In this document: one piece after another, positions 41,744-51,905 of the stretch
Numbering within the stretch: the first letter of the stretch is position 1
Layout: each line of letters opens with the position of its first letter
NCBI GenBank assembly: GCA_963976765.1
Contig: CAXBME010000028.1
Coordinates: 62,001 to 118,764 of the forward strand
Direction of reading: 5' to 3'
Source: an uncultured Planctomycetaceae bacterium
Lineage (GTDB): Bacteria; Planctomycetota; Planctomycetia; Planctomycetales; Planctomycetaceae
DNA length: 56,764 nucleotides
Made by a program: the position numbers and the translations under genes
Notes under the pieces: model-generated
What the model was told of the DNA's origin: nothing
The model's database searches: none
The model's input: only the letters and a program-made list of their open reading frames with translations

Positions 41744-44320
41744 ATGGTTCGTTGCCGGATTTTTCAATACGTCGTGGTTCTCGTTGTCACTGCGTCAGCG
41801 AGCGTTGCGTTTGGTGAATCTTCATCCGACGGCGACAAGCCGCGTGCGGTCATGCCGGAAAAGCACGGAGCAGTTTTCAGGAAATACTGCCTGGACTGCC
41901 ACGACTCAGAGACTCAGGAAGGTAAGGTCGATCTGGAAACGATTTCTTTCGAAATCGGAAAGGACATTCCAACCGCCGAACGCTGGGCAAAAATTCTGAA
42001 TGCGATCAACTCCGGCGAGATGCCGCCGAAGGATGCTGAGCCAATCTCTGATGTCGACAAGACTGGATTTCTGAAAGATCTGTCGATTCAAATGGTTGTC
42101 GCAAGAAAGATTCTCAGCGACGCCGGCGGCGTGATCACCATGCGGCGGCTCAATCGGCGAGAGTATGCGAACACGATCGAAGCGCTGCTGGGGGGCATTC
42201 CAGATGTTTCAAATCTTCCCGACGACCAGGCGACATCCGGCTTCGACACGACTGGAGCTTCGCTGTTCTTTTCCAGCGATCAGTTAGAGCAATACCTTGC
42301 CACGGCCAGAGCCTCGCTGGAACTGGCGGTTTTACCTCGGCAACCGCCTGCTTCCAGAACCGTTCGCATCGAGCCAGAGGATGAATACACGCCGCACTAC
42401 GCGAAAGCGGCAGAGGCGATGCGAGACACGGGAAAAAGAGCCAGGGCGTTTCTCGCGCAGAAAGAAAAGCCGGCAGCGGCCTTTGGACTTCTCGATGAAT
42501 ACCAGGCAAAGAAGCAGCAGGTCCAGGAATGGTTGCCGCTGATGGATGACTATCTGGCTCGACCGGAAACGAAAACCGGGGCAACGCTGATCATGACGAT
42601 CAAGCAGGGCGGCTACACTCGAATCAAACTACCGGTTTTACACGAGCAGGCCGAGGGCCAATACACGATCCGAGTACGGGCAGCCGCTTACCCTGATGCT
42701 GAAGAACGGCTGCATTATCTTGAATTCACTTCGGGCTATGGAACGGGTCGGGAGCGTCTGGGATGGCGGAAGGTCAGTGCGCCCCTGAACGATCCAGAGA
42801 TTGTCGAGTTTAAGTACGAGCATCGACCGGGGCAGAAGCTGCAACTCATGATCCACCAGAGAAGTCATCAGGATCGTGGCGATAAAAACCTTGCGACGAT
42901 TGATATGAAGGAGAACGGGATCGGCACTCCGCCGGGCATCTGGGTCGACTGGGCCGAGATCACTGGTCCGGAGCCAGTCAATCGCCATGCACCAGCTGTC
43001 GAAGAGCTTCGCCACGTGTTGGCGGAAAACGATCTGGCAAGTCGCGACGACAATGAGTTTGCAAGAGAAGTGCTGCAACGGTTTGCCACTCGTGCATTCC
43101 GCAACGAGAAGCCGGATTCCGCTTTCCTGGATCGGCTGGTTTTAAGATACGCAGCGAACCGAACGAAGGGGCAGAGCAGGACGGAAGCACTGCTCGGGCC
43201 GTTGTCGATCGTTCTTGCCTCACCAAGCTTCCTCTACATGGTTGAATCAACCGGCAACGAAAGTTCGCCCTCGCTGACTGACCGGGAACTGGCCGTGCGG
43301 CTTTCGTACTTCCTGTGGAGTGCTCCGCCCGACGAAGATCTGTTGAGCCTCGCCAATAGCGGAAAGCTTTCCGATCCAGCCGTGCTGAAATCGCAGACGT
43401 CCAGACTGCTTGGCGATCAGCGGGTAGATCGGTTTGTCCGAGGCTTCGTGCATCAGTGGCTGGAAATGGAACGGCTGGGCATGTTCCAGTTTGACGGCGT
43501 CCAGTTTCGCACGTTCGACAATGCCGCCAGGGAATCTGCTCGCGAAGAGGTCTTTGAAACGGTCCACACACTACTTGACGAGAAACTGCCGCTACGGTCA
43601 CTGCTTAAAGCCGACTTCGTTGTGGTGAACGACCTGCTGGCTGGTTACTACGGAATACCCGGCGTGGACGGGCACGAGTTTCGCCAAGTGAAAGTGCCGG
43701 ACGGCTCACTTCGTGGAGGCTTACTGGGAAGTGCCGCCGTGCTGGCGATGGGGTCTGACGGTCAACGTTCATCGCTGGTTGAACGGGGAGCCTGGGTGTT
43801 GCGACATTTGCTCAACGATCCACCACCACCGGCTCCACCGAACGTCCCGATGCTCAGCCGGTTAGCCGGACAAGTGTTGTCAGCGCGGGAGCTCGGAAAA
43901 GCTCACCAGGAAGAACCACAATGCGCGCAGTGTCATCAGAAGATTGATCCCATCGGCTTCGGGCTTGAAAACTTCGATGCTTCCGGCCAGTGGCGAGACC
44001 TGGAGCTAATCGGAACTGGTCGACGCAAATTCGGAGTCTGGCAGACGACGAAAACGTTTGAGATCGACTCCAGCGGGCAGCTACCGGGCGGACAGAAGTT
44101 CAAAAACTACTTCGAACTCCGCGACGCGATATCCAGACACGAAGACAGCTTCTCGCGGGGCTTTACCGAATCGCTCATCGCTTACGGACTTGGACGCCCC
44201 TTCGGATTCACCGACCAGGATCTCGCAGACGAAATCATGCGGTCCGCGAAGCAAAGCGACTATGAAATCAGCCAGTTCATCCACGCATTGATTCAGTCAA
44301 AGCTGTTTCAAACGAAGTAA
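41744..44320 (+). CDS. DUF1592/DUF1588/DUF1587/DUF1595/DUF1585 protein with two CxxCH motifs (second paralog)
   Basis: [70 protein letters not shown]. Confidence 0.92.
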   Translation: MVRCRIFQYVVVLVVTASASVAFGESSSDGDKPRAVMPEKHGAVFRKYCLDCHDSETQEGKVDLETISFEIGKDIPTAERWAKILNAINSGEMPPKDAEPISDVDKTGFLKDLSIQMVVARKILSDAGGVITMRRLNRREYANTIEALLGGIPDVSNLPDDQATSGFDTTGASLFFSSDQLEQYLATARASLELAVLPRQPPASRTVRIEPEDEYTPHYAKAAEAMRDTGKRARAFLAQKEKPAAAFGLLDEYQAKKQQVQEWLPLMDDYLARPETKTGATLIMTIKQGGYTRIKLPVLHEQAEGQYTIRVRAAAYPDAEERLHYLEFTSGYGTGRERLGWRKVSAPLNDPEIVEFKYEHRPGQKLQLMIHQRSHQDRGDKNLATIDMKENGIGTPPGIWVDWAEITGPEPVNRHAPAVEELRHVLAENDLASRDDNEFAREVLQRFATRAFRNEKPDSAFLDRLVLRYAANRTKGQSRTEALLGPLSIVLASPSFLYMVESTGNESSPSLTDRELAVRLSYFLWSAPPDEDLLSLANSGKLSDPAVLKSQTSRLLGDQRVDRFVRGFVHQWLEMERLGMFQFDGVQFRTFDNAARESAREEVFETVHTLLDEKLPLRSLLKADFVVVNDLLAGYYGIPGVDGHEFRQVKVPDGSLRGGLLGSAAVLAMGSDGQRSSLVERGAWVLRHLLNDPPPPAPPNVPMLSRLAGQVLSARELGKAHQEEPQCAQCHQKIDPIGFGLENFDASGQWRDLELIGTGRRKFGVWQTTKTFEIDSSGQLPGGQKFKNYFELRDAISRHEDSFSRGFTESLIAYGLGRPFGFTDQDLADEIMRSAKQSDYEISQFIHALIQSKLFQTK

Positions 44321-44373
44321 GTCAGTGACCAGAAGGTGCCCGCCTTCGGTTTCGTGTCTATCGAGGATTCCTC

Positions 44374-45699
44374 ATGAACCATTCAATGAATTCAGCAGTT
44401 GCCCGTCGAGCATTTCTTGCCAGCAGCAGTGCCCTGATCACACTGCCGTTTCTTGAGTCACTTCGCCCCGGAAGCACGGCGTCAGCAGCGATAAAAACTG
44501 CAACGGCTGCCCCGAAACGGATGGTTTTTCTTGGCATGGGATTCGGCGTGACGGCGGATCGCTGGTACCCGGACGTCAACACGGTCGGCGAGGATTACCA
44601 GATTCCAGACATCCTCAAGCCGCTGAATCGGCACAAGAAGGATCTGACGTTTATTCAGAATCTGATGCACCAGTATTCGGCGGACGGGCACAGCGGAAGC
44701 ACGTTCTGGCTGACTGGAGCCAATCGGTACGGCGTTCCGGGACAGAGTTTTCACAACACGGTTTCTGTCGATCAGGTAGCGGCGGAAGTCCTCGGCGAAC
44801 AGACCCGTTTCACTTCGATTCAGCTCGCCGCTTCGGGAGAGGCAGGTGCGTCGGGTGATGGGCACGGTCCCGGCCTGTCGCTTGCCTGGAACCGTTCAGG
44901 GAAGCCCGTCGCGGCACTCAATACTCCGGTCGCGGCCTTTCATCGATTGTTCTCAAACGACAAGACTCCGCTGGCCGAGCGACAGGCTCGACTTCAAGAG
45001 CAGCGGAGCGTGCTCGACACGGTGCTGGCCGACGCGAAGTCGGTCAACAGAAAACTCAATAAGACGGACAATCAGAAGCTGGACGAATACTTCGAATCTG
45101 TTCGCGAGATCGAAGTCCGTCTGGCCAAAGAAGAAAAGTGGCTTAGCGTTGAAAAGAAGCTGCCGGCTGATCCCGTTAATGAACCCGGCGAGTCACTTGA
45201 AGGCTACGAAGAAATTCGAGTGATGTACGATCTGATGGTGGCGGCCATGCAGGTTGACGCAACGCGAGTCTTCACGTATCGCATGCCGGTGAATTCTCTG
45301 ATCGCCAGCCTTGGCGCCACAATGACGGCTCACAGCATGAGCCATTACTCGGAAGGTGAACGTCGAGACGTTTCTCAGTCACGCGACACCGCTCACGCAA
45401 AATTACTGGCTGAATTTATCGACAAACTGAAGGCTTCAAAAGAGCCAGACGGTTCAAGTCTGTTCGACAATTGCTCCATCACGCTGGGAACAAATCTGAG
45501 TTCCGTTCACTCACTGACAAACTGCCCGACACTCGTCACCGGCGGTGGAGCTGGCATCAAACACGGTCGCCACCTCGTAATGAGCGACAAGAAAACGCCG
45601 CTCTGCAATCTATGGCTGAGTCTGTTGCAGGGTTCTGGCATCGCTGCCGATTCGTTCGGCGATTCAACGGAAGTGATTCGCGAGTTGTTCTCAGTCTAA
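44374..45699 (+). CDS. DUF1552 domain protein (Tat signal; second paralog)
   Basis: ARRAFL...LPFLES; PKRMVF; SVDQVAA; KLDEYFESVREIE; HSMSH; LCNLWLS. Confidence 0.92.
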   Translation: MNHSMNSAVARRAFLASSSALITLPFLESLRPGSTASAAIKTATAAPKRMVFLGMGFGVTADRWYPDVNTVGEDYQIPDILKPLNRHKKDLTFIQNLMHQYSADGHSGSTFWLTGANRYGVPGQSFHNTVSVDQVAAEVLGEQTRFTSIQLAASGEAGASGDGHGPGLSLAWNRSGKPVAALNTPVAAFHRLFSNDKTPLAERQARLQEQRSVLDTVLADAKSVNRKLNKTDNQKLDEYFESVREIEVRLAKEEKWLSVEKKLPADPVNEPGESLEGYEEIRVMYDLMVAAMQVDATRVFTYRMPVNSLIASLGATMTAHSMSHYSEGERRDVSQSRDTAHAKLLAEFIDKLKASKEPDGSSLFDNCSITLGTNLSSVHSLTNCPTLVTGGGAGIKHGRHLVMSDKKTPLCNLWLSLLQGSGIAADSFGDSTEVIRELFSV

Positions 45700-45798
45700 C
45701 ATTCACTCTGGCCGGCCAGCGGCATTCATGATGGTTGAACTTCCTTGCCCGCTGGATCGTGCGTCATTTGCCGACATATCCTCGAAGGAAATCGTTCA

Positions 45799-47265
45799 GT
45801 GAGCCAATCCCGTTTCTTGCGTATTGCCGCTCTGATTGTTCTTTCTCTGCTGGCATTCGGGAACTCAATTGCCCAGGCAGAGCGACCGAACATTCTGTGG
45901 ATCTACGTCGACGACATGAGCGACTGGATGGGCTGCTACGGAGATCCTCTGGCTCAGACACCACACATCGACAGCCTGGCCGACGGTGGCGTCACGTTTC
46001 AACACGCCTACATGCCGGCGCCGGTATGCTCGACGACGCGTTCGGCATTGATTACCGGCACGATGCAAACGACGCACGGCCTGCATCAGCATCGCACGAT
46101 GATCAGGAAGCCGCTCCCCGATGGGCTACTGACCATCCCCGAACTCTTTCGCAAAGCCGGATATCTGACGTTCAACGAAGCAAAAGACGATTACAACTTT
46201 CAGCGCGACCGCAGCCTCATGTACTCGCCGGAGTTCAAACGTCCGCCCCGTAAACAGGTCAACGGGCACATAGTTGGTCGTGACGTCACCTGGCTGAAAC
46301 AACTGAAAGGCAAATCGTTCTTTGGCCAGATTCAGCTCAAAGGTGGAAAGTTTGAAGGCGAAACCGGTTCAAACTTCCCGGCAAAAAGTCGTGTCGCAGA
46401 AAACCTGGTGACCGTCCCGCCGCAGTATCCAAATCATGAAGTTTTTCGGAACGCAATCGCTCGACACTATGAACAGATTGCGGAAACCGACGCTCAGGTC
46501 GGAGCGATCATTTCCGCATTGAAGACGTACGAATTGTGGGACAACACGGCTGTCTTTTTCTTTACCGATCACGGCGGTCCGCTTCCGCGAGCAAAACAGT
46601 TTCTGTACGAGGATGGAACGAAAGTTCCGCTGATTGTTCACTGGCCGAAAGGTGCAGCACACATTACCCGGCACGGAGACTCGCGACCTGACCTCGTCAG
46701 CGGAATCGACATTACGACAAGCTCACTCGGGCTTGCAGGAATCGCCATTCCCGACTTCATGGAAGGCCGAGATTTATTTGCAGACGAACTTCAGCCTCGC
46801 AGCTACGTCATCTCGGCGCGAGACCGGATGGGGAATGCCATCGATCGAATCCGCACCGTGAGGTCCGCAAGGTTTCGATATCTTCGAAACTACAAACTGG
46901 ATCGCGCTCTGTACCAGCCTCAATATCGCGACGGTTATGCGACGTTCACGACGCTGAGAGAACTTCACGCGCAAGGTAAGCTGACGCCGTTACAGGCATC
47001 GTATTTCGATGTGGAATCTCGCCCGAAAGAGGAACTCTACGACCTGGAGAATGATCCTCACCAGACCGTCAACCAGGCGCATAACCCCAGTTTCAAATCA
47101 GTCCTGAATGAACATCGCGAAGTGCTCGATCAGTGGGAAGCAGAGACCGACGACAAAGGTCGCTACCCCGAAAGCCACGAGTCATTGAAACTGGTGTTCA
47201 AGTCGTCGCAGGGAAAGTGCGTGAACCCGGAGTATGACTTCCTGAAACTCGAACCTGGCAATTGA
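45799..47265 (+). CDS. Sulfatase (S1)
   Basis: PNILWIYVDD, PVCSTTRSALITG, KDDYN, TDHG, LYEDG, EELYDL. GTG start with AAGGA upstream. Confidence 0.93.
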   Translation: MSQSRFLRIAALIVLSLLAFGNSIAQAERPNILWIYVDDMSDWMGCYGDPLAQTPHIDSLADGGVTFQHAYMPAPVCSTTRSALITGTMQTTHGLHQHRTMIRKPLPDGLLTIPELFRKAGYLTFNEAKDDYNFQRDRSLMYSPEFKRPPRKQVNGHIVGRDVTWLKQLKGKSFFGQIQLKGGKFEGETGSNFPAKSRVAENLVTVPPQYPNHEVFRNAIARHYEQIAETDAQVGAIISALKTYELWDNTAVFFFTDHGGPLPRAKQFLYEDGTKVPLIVHWPKGAAHITRHGDSRPDLVSGIDITTSSLGLAGIAIPDFMEGRDLFADELQPRSYVISARDRMGNAIDRIRTVRSARFRYLRNYKLDRALYQPQYRDGYATFTTLRELHAQGKLTPLQASYFDVESRPKEELYDLENDPHQTVNQAHNPSFKSVLNEHREVLDQWEAETDDKGRYPESHESLKLVFKSSQGKCVNPEYDFLKLEPGN

Positions 47266-47431
47266 GTAATCGACGAAGTAGTTTGCCGGCACAGGAGTTT
47301 CAGACGAACGCTACGTAAACCTGCATTACGGGAAACATTTGGCCCAGCAAAACAGCATCCTCAGGTGACACCACAACCGGGACAGAACCTTTAAGCCGAT
47401 AAAAGAATTCTCACAGGCGGGTACGATTTAG

Positions 47432-48892
47432 ATGACGAAATCATTGCTTTACTCATTCGCCCTGGTGACGGCATGGGTAGCGTCTGCGAATGCTGGAAAA
47501 CCCAACTTCGTTGTAATTTTCACCGACGATCAGGGATACGAGGATGTCGGATGTTTCGGATCCCCCGACATCCGCACGCCTCGACTGGATGCAATGGCGG
47601 CTGACGGAATGAAGTTCACGAACTTCTATGCTCAGCCAGTCTGCGGTCCGTCACGAGCGGCATTGATGACAGGCTGCTATCCGATGCGCGTTGCAGAACG
47701 CGGCAACGTGAAACAGGTCCACCCGATTCTGCACAGCGACGAGATCACGGTCGCAGAGATTCTGAAGTCGAAAGGTTATGCGACAGCCTGTTTCGGGAAG
47801 TGGGATCTGGCGAAGCACGCTCAGGAAGGATTTTTCATTGACCTGTTCCCAACGCGTCAGGGCTTTGACTACTTCTACGGAACGCCAACCAGCAACGATC
47901 GTATTGCCAATCTGTACCGCAACGAAGAACTGATAGAACCTGAATCCGACCTGTCTACATTGACGAAACGTTACACCGACGAAGCCATTGCGTTCATGAC
48001 CAGAAATCGTGAGCAACCATTTTTCATCTACATCCCGCACTCGATGCCGCACACGCGGCTGGATGCATCGCAACAGTTCAAAGGCAAAAGTAAACGCGGA
48101 CTCTACGGAGACGTCATCGAGGAAATCGACTTTAATGTTGGACGCATTCTGGACGCCGTGACGGATATGGGGCTGGCAAAAAACACCTATGTTCTGTTTA
48201 CAAGTGACAACGGTCCGTGGCTGATCAAAAACAAAGACCACGCGGACGGACACCTTGCGAGTGACCACGGCGGATCGGCTGGGCCGTTGCGCAGCGGAAA
48301 AGTTTCAACCTTTGAAGGCGGCGTACGCGTGCCAGCCATCCTGTGGGGACCAGGCCGGGTTCCGGCTGGGACAACCTGTGACTCGATCGCCAGCACGTTG
48401 GACGTTCTGCCAACCTTTGCCGCTCTGGCTGGAGCGGAAACGCCGTCCGATCGCGTGATCGATGGAGATGACATTCAACATCTTTTTCATGGTGACTTTG
48501 TGAAAGCATCTTCTGACAAAGCATACTTCTACTATTTACGAGTTCATCTCCAGGCCGTGCGGCAGGGCAAGTGGAAGCTTCATCTGCCACGCGACAAAGA
48601 ACCTGTCGGTGCAGCACCATTCAGCCGAAATACTCACATCGCTCCGGTAGACCGAGTTGGCTTTGAGAAACCTTTCCTCGTCGATCTTCATGCTGATATT
48701 GGTGAAACAACAAACGTCGCCGAGCAGAACCCTCGGGTTGTTCAGCGGCTGCTTAAGCTGGCCGAGGAGATGCGCGAAGACCTTGGCGACTACGACCGAG
48801 TCGGTAAAAATATGCGGTTTTTCGACGCCTTCGAGTCGCAGCCCGTCAAGCCGCCTGTGCCAGTTGTTCGTAAACCTCGCGTGAAAAAGTAG
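47432..48892 (+). CDS. Sulfatase (S1)
   Basis: PNFVVIFTDDQGY, CGPSRAALMTG, GKWDL, SDNGP, FEGGVRVP. Confidence 0.95.
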   Translation: MTKSLLYSFALVTAWVASANAGKPNFVVIFTDDQGYEDVGCFGSPDIRTPRLDAMAADGMKFTNFYAQPVCGPSRAALMTGCYPMRVAERGNVKQVHPILHSDEITVAEILKSKGYATACFGKWDLAKHAQEGFFIDLFPTRQGFDYFYGTPTSNDRIANLYRNEELIEPESDLSTLTKRYTDEAIAFMTRNREQPFFIYIPHSMPHTRLDASQQFKGKSKRGLYGDVIEEIDFNVGRILDAVTDMGLAKNTYVLFTSDNGPWLIKNKDHADGHLASDHGGSAGPLRSGKVSTFEGGVRVPAILWGPGRVPAGTTCDSIASTLDVLPTFAALAGAETPSDRVIDGDDIQHLFHGDFVKASSDKAYFYYLRVHLQAVRQGKWKLHLPRDKEPVGAAPFSRNTHIAPVDRVGFEKPFLVDLHADIGETTNVAEQNPRVVQRLLKLAEEMREDLGDYDRVGKNMRFFDAFESQPVKPPVPVVRKPRVKK

Positions 48893-49179
48893 CGTCTCAC
48901 TAACGCATACCGGGATCAGTTCGTCATCGACCTGATCACGAAGATGCCAGTCAACGCGGACGGCGCTGAAACGGGAGATCTGGATTTCTGGAGGTCGACA
49001 GAATTCAGCAATGATCCGCCGAACGCGACTATTGCCAGTGGCGAGACAATTGCCCCCCTTTTGCGTCCTTCAGCGAATCGAAGCCGCCGTTCGCTCTGAT
49101 TCGTAAAGCTGGCAAGGTCCGATAAGGTTTCTACCTGTCGTGTCAGCAGACCCGAGTTTGATTTATTTGAAAGTGCAAC

Positions 49180-50181
49180 ATGCGAACGCTGATCCTGTCG
49201 ATTGTTATTCTTTCAGCCAGTTTTCCCGTAGTGGCTTCGGAGGCAGGCGTATTCGTCGGAGACTGGGCGATGCGGATGGACGATGGTTCGTCGGGATGGT
49301 TGTCGATCAACGAAGTCGACGGAAAATTGACCGGTGAGCTATGGAGAGTCGGTCAGGGCAAAGCGATTACCGACATGAAACTTGCCGACGGGAAGTTGAC
49401 GTTCACTCGACACTGCAGGGTTGGCAGGCCGGAATTTGACGGTGGACCTCCGACCGGTGAGCGGGTCCGCTGCGACTTTGAAGCCACTGTTGAGGGAAAT
49501 TCGATTCACATCACCATGCAAACGGTGAATGGCGTTGCACTGGTCAGCAAAGTCATTCATCAAGGAAAACGACTGCCACCGCTGCCCCCGAAACCTGACC
49601 TGTCCAAAGTCAGATTTGGCGAGCCGGTCAGGCCGTTCAACGGTGTCGATCTGACCGGCTGGAAACTTTCGAATCCGAAGCAGCTCAACGGCTGGAAGGC
49701 GGTAAACGGAGAGCTTGTCAACGAGTCTCCGAAAGAAACGTTCGAGCCGTACTCGCGCTACGGGAACCTGCACACGGTCCGCAAGTTCGGAGACGGGAAA
49801 CTGGAGATCGAGTTTAACGTTCCCAAAGGCGGCAACAGCGGCATCTACGTTCGAGGCGTCTACGAAGCCCAGGTTGTCGATCGCGACAGCCGCATGCAGG
49901 GTATCCACGGTGTCGGGTCGATTTTCAATCGTGTTGCACCTTCGAAAAATGCCGGAAAGCCAGGCGGAGAATGGCAACGATATGAGATAACCATTGTCGA
50001 CCGACACGCGACCGTCGTTTTGAACGGTGAAACCGTGATTGACAACCAGCCTGTCCGAGGCAACACAAACGGGGCGTATCAGGCCGACGTGATGACTCCT
50101 GGGCCGTTGTATCTGCAGGGCGATCATACAGCGGTTCGGTATCGCAATATCGTTTTTTACCCAGTGACAGGCGGCCGGTAA
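49180..50181 (+). CDS. DUF1080 (3-keto-disaccharide hydrolase-like) domain protein
   Basis: FNG.DLTGW, GNSGIY, YEAQV.D, GEWQRYEI, V.LNG, GPLYLQGDH, YRNI. Confidence 0.9.
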   Translation: MRTLILSIVILSASFPVVASEAGVFVGDWAMRMDDGSSGWLSINEVDGKLTGELWRVGQGKAITDMKLADGKLTFTRHCRVGRPEFDGGPPTGERVRCDFEATVEGNSIHITMQTVNGVALVSKVIHQGKRLPPLPPKPDLSKVRFGEPVRPFNGVDLTGWKLSNPKQLNGWKAVNGELVNESPKETFEPYSRYGNLHTVRKFGDGKLEIEFNVPKGGNSGIYVRGVYEAQVVDRDSRMQGIHGVGSIFNRVAPSKNAGKPGGEWQRYEITIVDRHATVVLNGETVIDNQPVRGNTNGAYQADVMTPGPLYLQGDHTAVRYRNIVFYPVTGGR

Positions 50182-50331
50182 GGCAGGTGCCTTTAATCCG
50201 TGCTCCTGCCGACTGTCGGGCCAATCGGAAAAATCAGTGTCTCTCGGTCGTGAATGACGCAACGAACTGGCGAATAAGCAATTCATGGACTTAAAAAGTC
50301 GGGCAGCAACAGAACCAGTAGATGGATCCAG

Positions 50332-51849
50332 ATGATGAATTTATTCTCGACGAGACGGGTAGCAGCGGCACTTTTCTTTGCAGGTGGAATCCTGATGAAT
50401 GCCGGAGCTGCGTTCGCCGACGAATCCAGCGGATCCGGCAACGCACAACCAAACATCGTCTGGATCATCCCTGACGATATGTCGGCAAACTTTTCCTGCT
50501 ACGGCGAGACGGCTATCGAAACGCCGCATGTCGACAAACTCGCTGCCAGCGGTGTGAAGTTTTCCAATGCTTATGTGACAGCGCCGGTCTGCTCGACGTG
50601 TCGATCGGCATTTATTACCGGGATGTATCAAACAAGCATTGGCGCTCACCATCACCGCAGCGGGCGCGGTGAACTGAAGATTCACCTGCCCGCCGGCATC
50701 AAGCTCGTTCCGAAACTCTTTCAGGAAGCGGGCTATCACACATCGATCACCGGCTGGCCGATGAACGGGAGGCTCGGAAAAACTGATTACAACTTCGAAT
50801 GGGACCAGTCGGTCTATGACGGAAATGACTGGGCGAAACGAAAGAAGGGGCAGCCTTTCTTTGCACAGATTCAAACGCAAGGCGGCAAGCTTCGCGGCAA
50901 GGATGAGAACGGCTGGGAGAAGGTGTCGAGTTCCGCCGAGAAAGCACTGGGCACCCGCACGCCAGACAGTGCAGTCAAACTTCCGCCCTACTATCCGAAC
51001 CATCCAGACATCGTCCGCGACTGGGCGGCGTATCTTGATTCGGTCCGCATGACGGACCTGATGGTCGGCGAAGTCGTCGCCCGACTTAAGAAAGAAGGCG
51101 TCTACGAAAACACGATCATCCTGTTCATGACCGATCACGGAATCAGTCACGCTCGCGGGAAGCAGTTCATGTACGACGAAGGGCTGCATGTGCCGCTGGT
51201 GATCGCCGGGCCGGGAATTAAGGCGGGGACTGTTCGAGAAGACGTGGTTGAGCACATCGATATTGCTGCTCTTTCGCTTGCCGCCGCTGGAATTGAAATT
51301 CCGAAGTACATGCAGGCTCGGAACATTCTTGGGAAGGACTATGCGCCTCGCGAAGCCGTCTTTGCCGCACGGGATCGCTGCGACGAAACAGTCGACCACA
51401 TGCGGTCTGTACGGACGACCGATTTCAAATACATTCGCAACTTTCTCCCGAACCGTCCTTATCTTCAGCCGTGTGCTTACAAAGATGCAAAAGCGATTCT
51501 GATTGCTCTTCGGCAAGCGCACGAAGCTGGCACTCTGAACGAAACTCAGCGGTTGCTGTTTCGCGACGTCCGCCCGCCGGAAGAACTCTACGATGTGAAG
51601 AACGACCCGTACGAAATCAACAACCTCGCGAATGATCCTGCGTTTGCCGCTCGGCTCATGCAGATGCGAGGGTGGCTCGACACCTGGATCGTCGAAACAG
51701 GCGACAAGGGTGCAGAATCCGCCGAAATGTACGACAGCGACATGGAGGTTTACCTCAGCTCGATGAAACGCAAAAACGATCCTGGCCATTTGAAAGTCAT
51801 TCAGGGCAACATCGCGCTGATGAAGCAGTGGGCAGCCGAAGGTAAGTAG
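50332..51849 (+). CDS. Sulfatase (S1)
   Basis: PNIVWIIPDD, PVCSTCRSAFITG, KTDYN, TDHG, RDRCDE, EELYD. Confidence 0.94.
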   Translation: MMNLFSTRRVAAALFFAGGILMNAGAAFADESSGSGNAQPNIVWIIPDDMSANFSCYGETAIETPHVDKLAASGVKFSNAYVTAPVCSTCRSAFITGMYQTSIGAHHHRSGRGELKIHLPAGIKLVPKLFQEAGYHTSITGWPMNGRLGKTDYNFEWDQSVYDGNDWAKRKKGQPFFAQIQTQGGKLRGKDENGWEKVSSSAEKALGTRTPDSAVKLPPYYPNHPDIVRDWAAYLDSVRMTDLMVGEVVARLKKEGVYENTIILFMTDHGISHARGKQFMYDEGLHVPLVIAGPGIKAGTVREDVVEHIDIAALSLAAAGIEIPKYMQARNILGKDYAPREAVFAARDRCDETVDHMRSVRTTDFKYIRNFLPNRPYLQPCAYKDAKAILIALRQAHEAGTLNETQRLLFRDVRPPEELYDVKNDPYEINNLANDPAFAARLMQMRGWLDTWIVETGDKGAESAEMYDSDMEVYLSSMKRKNDPGHLKVIQGNIALMKQWAAEGK

Positions 51850-51905
51850 CGAAGTTGCCTGAAACTGATTCCCAACGATTCAATTCAAAGAACGAAAACA
51901 GATTT

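Noticed and set aside
48890..48892. Pyrrolysine or other readthrough of the sulfatase TAG
   Set aside because: The sulfatase is already complete with a basic tail, and no pyl genes are present in the window.
49339..51789. 315-aa and 482-aa minus-strand ORFs
   Set aside because: Antisense shadows of DUF1080 and a sulfatase, as is common in GC-rich coding DNA.
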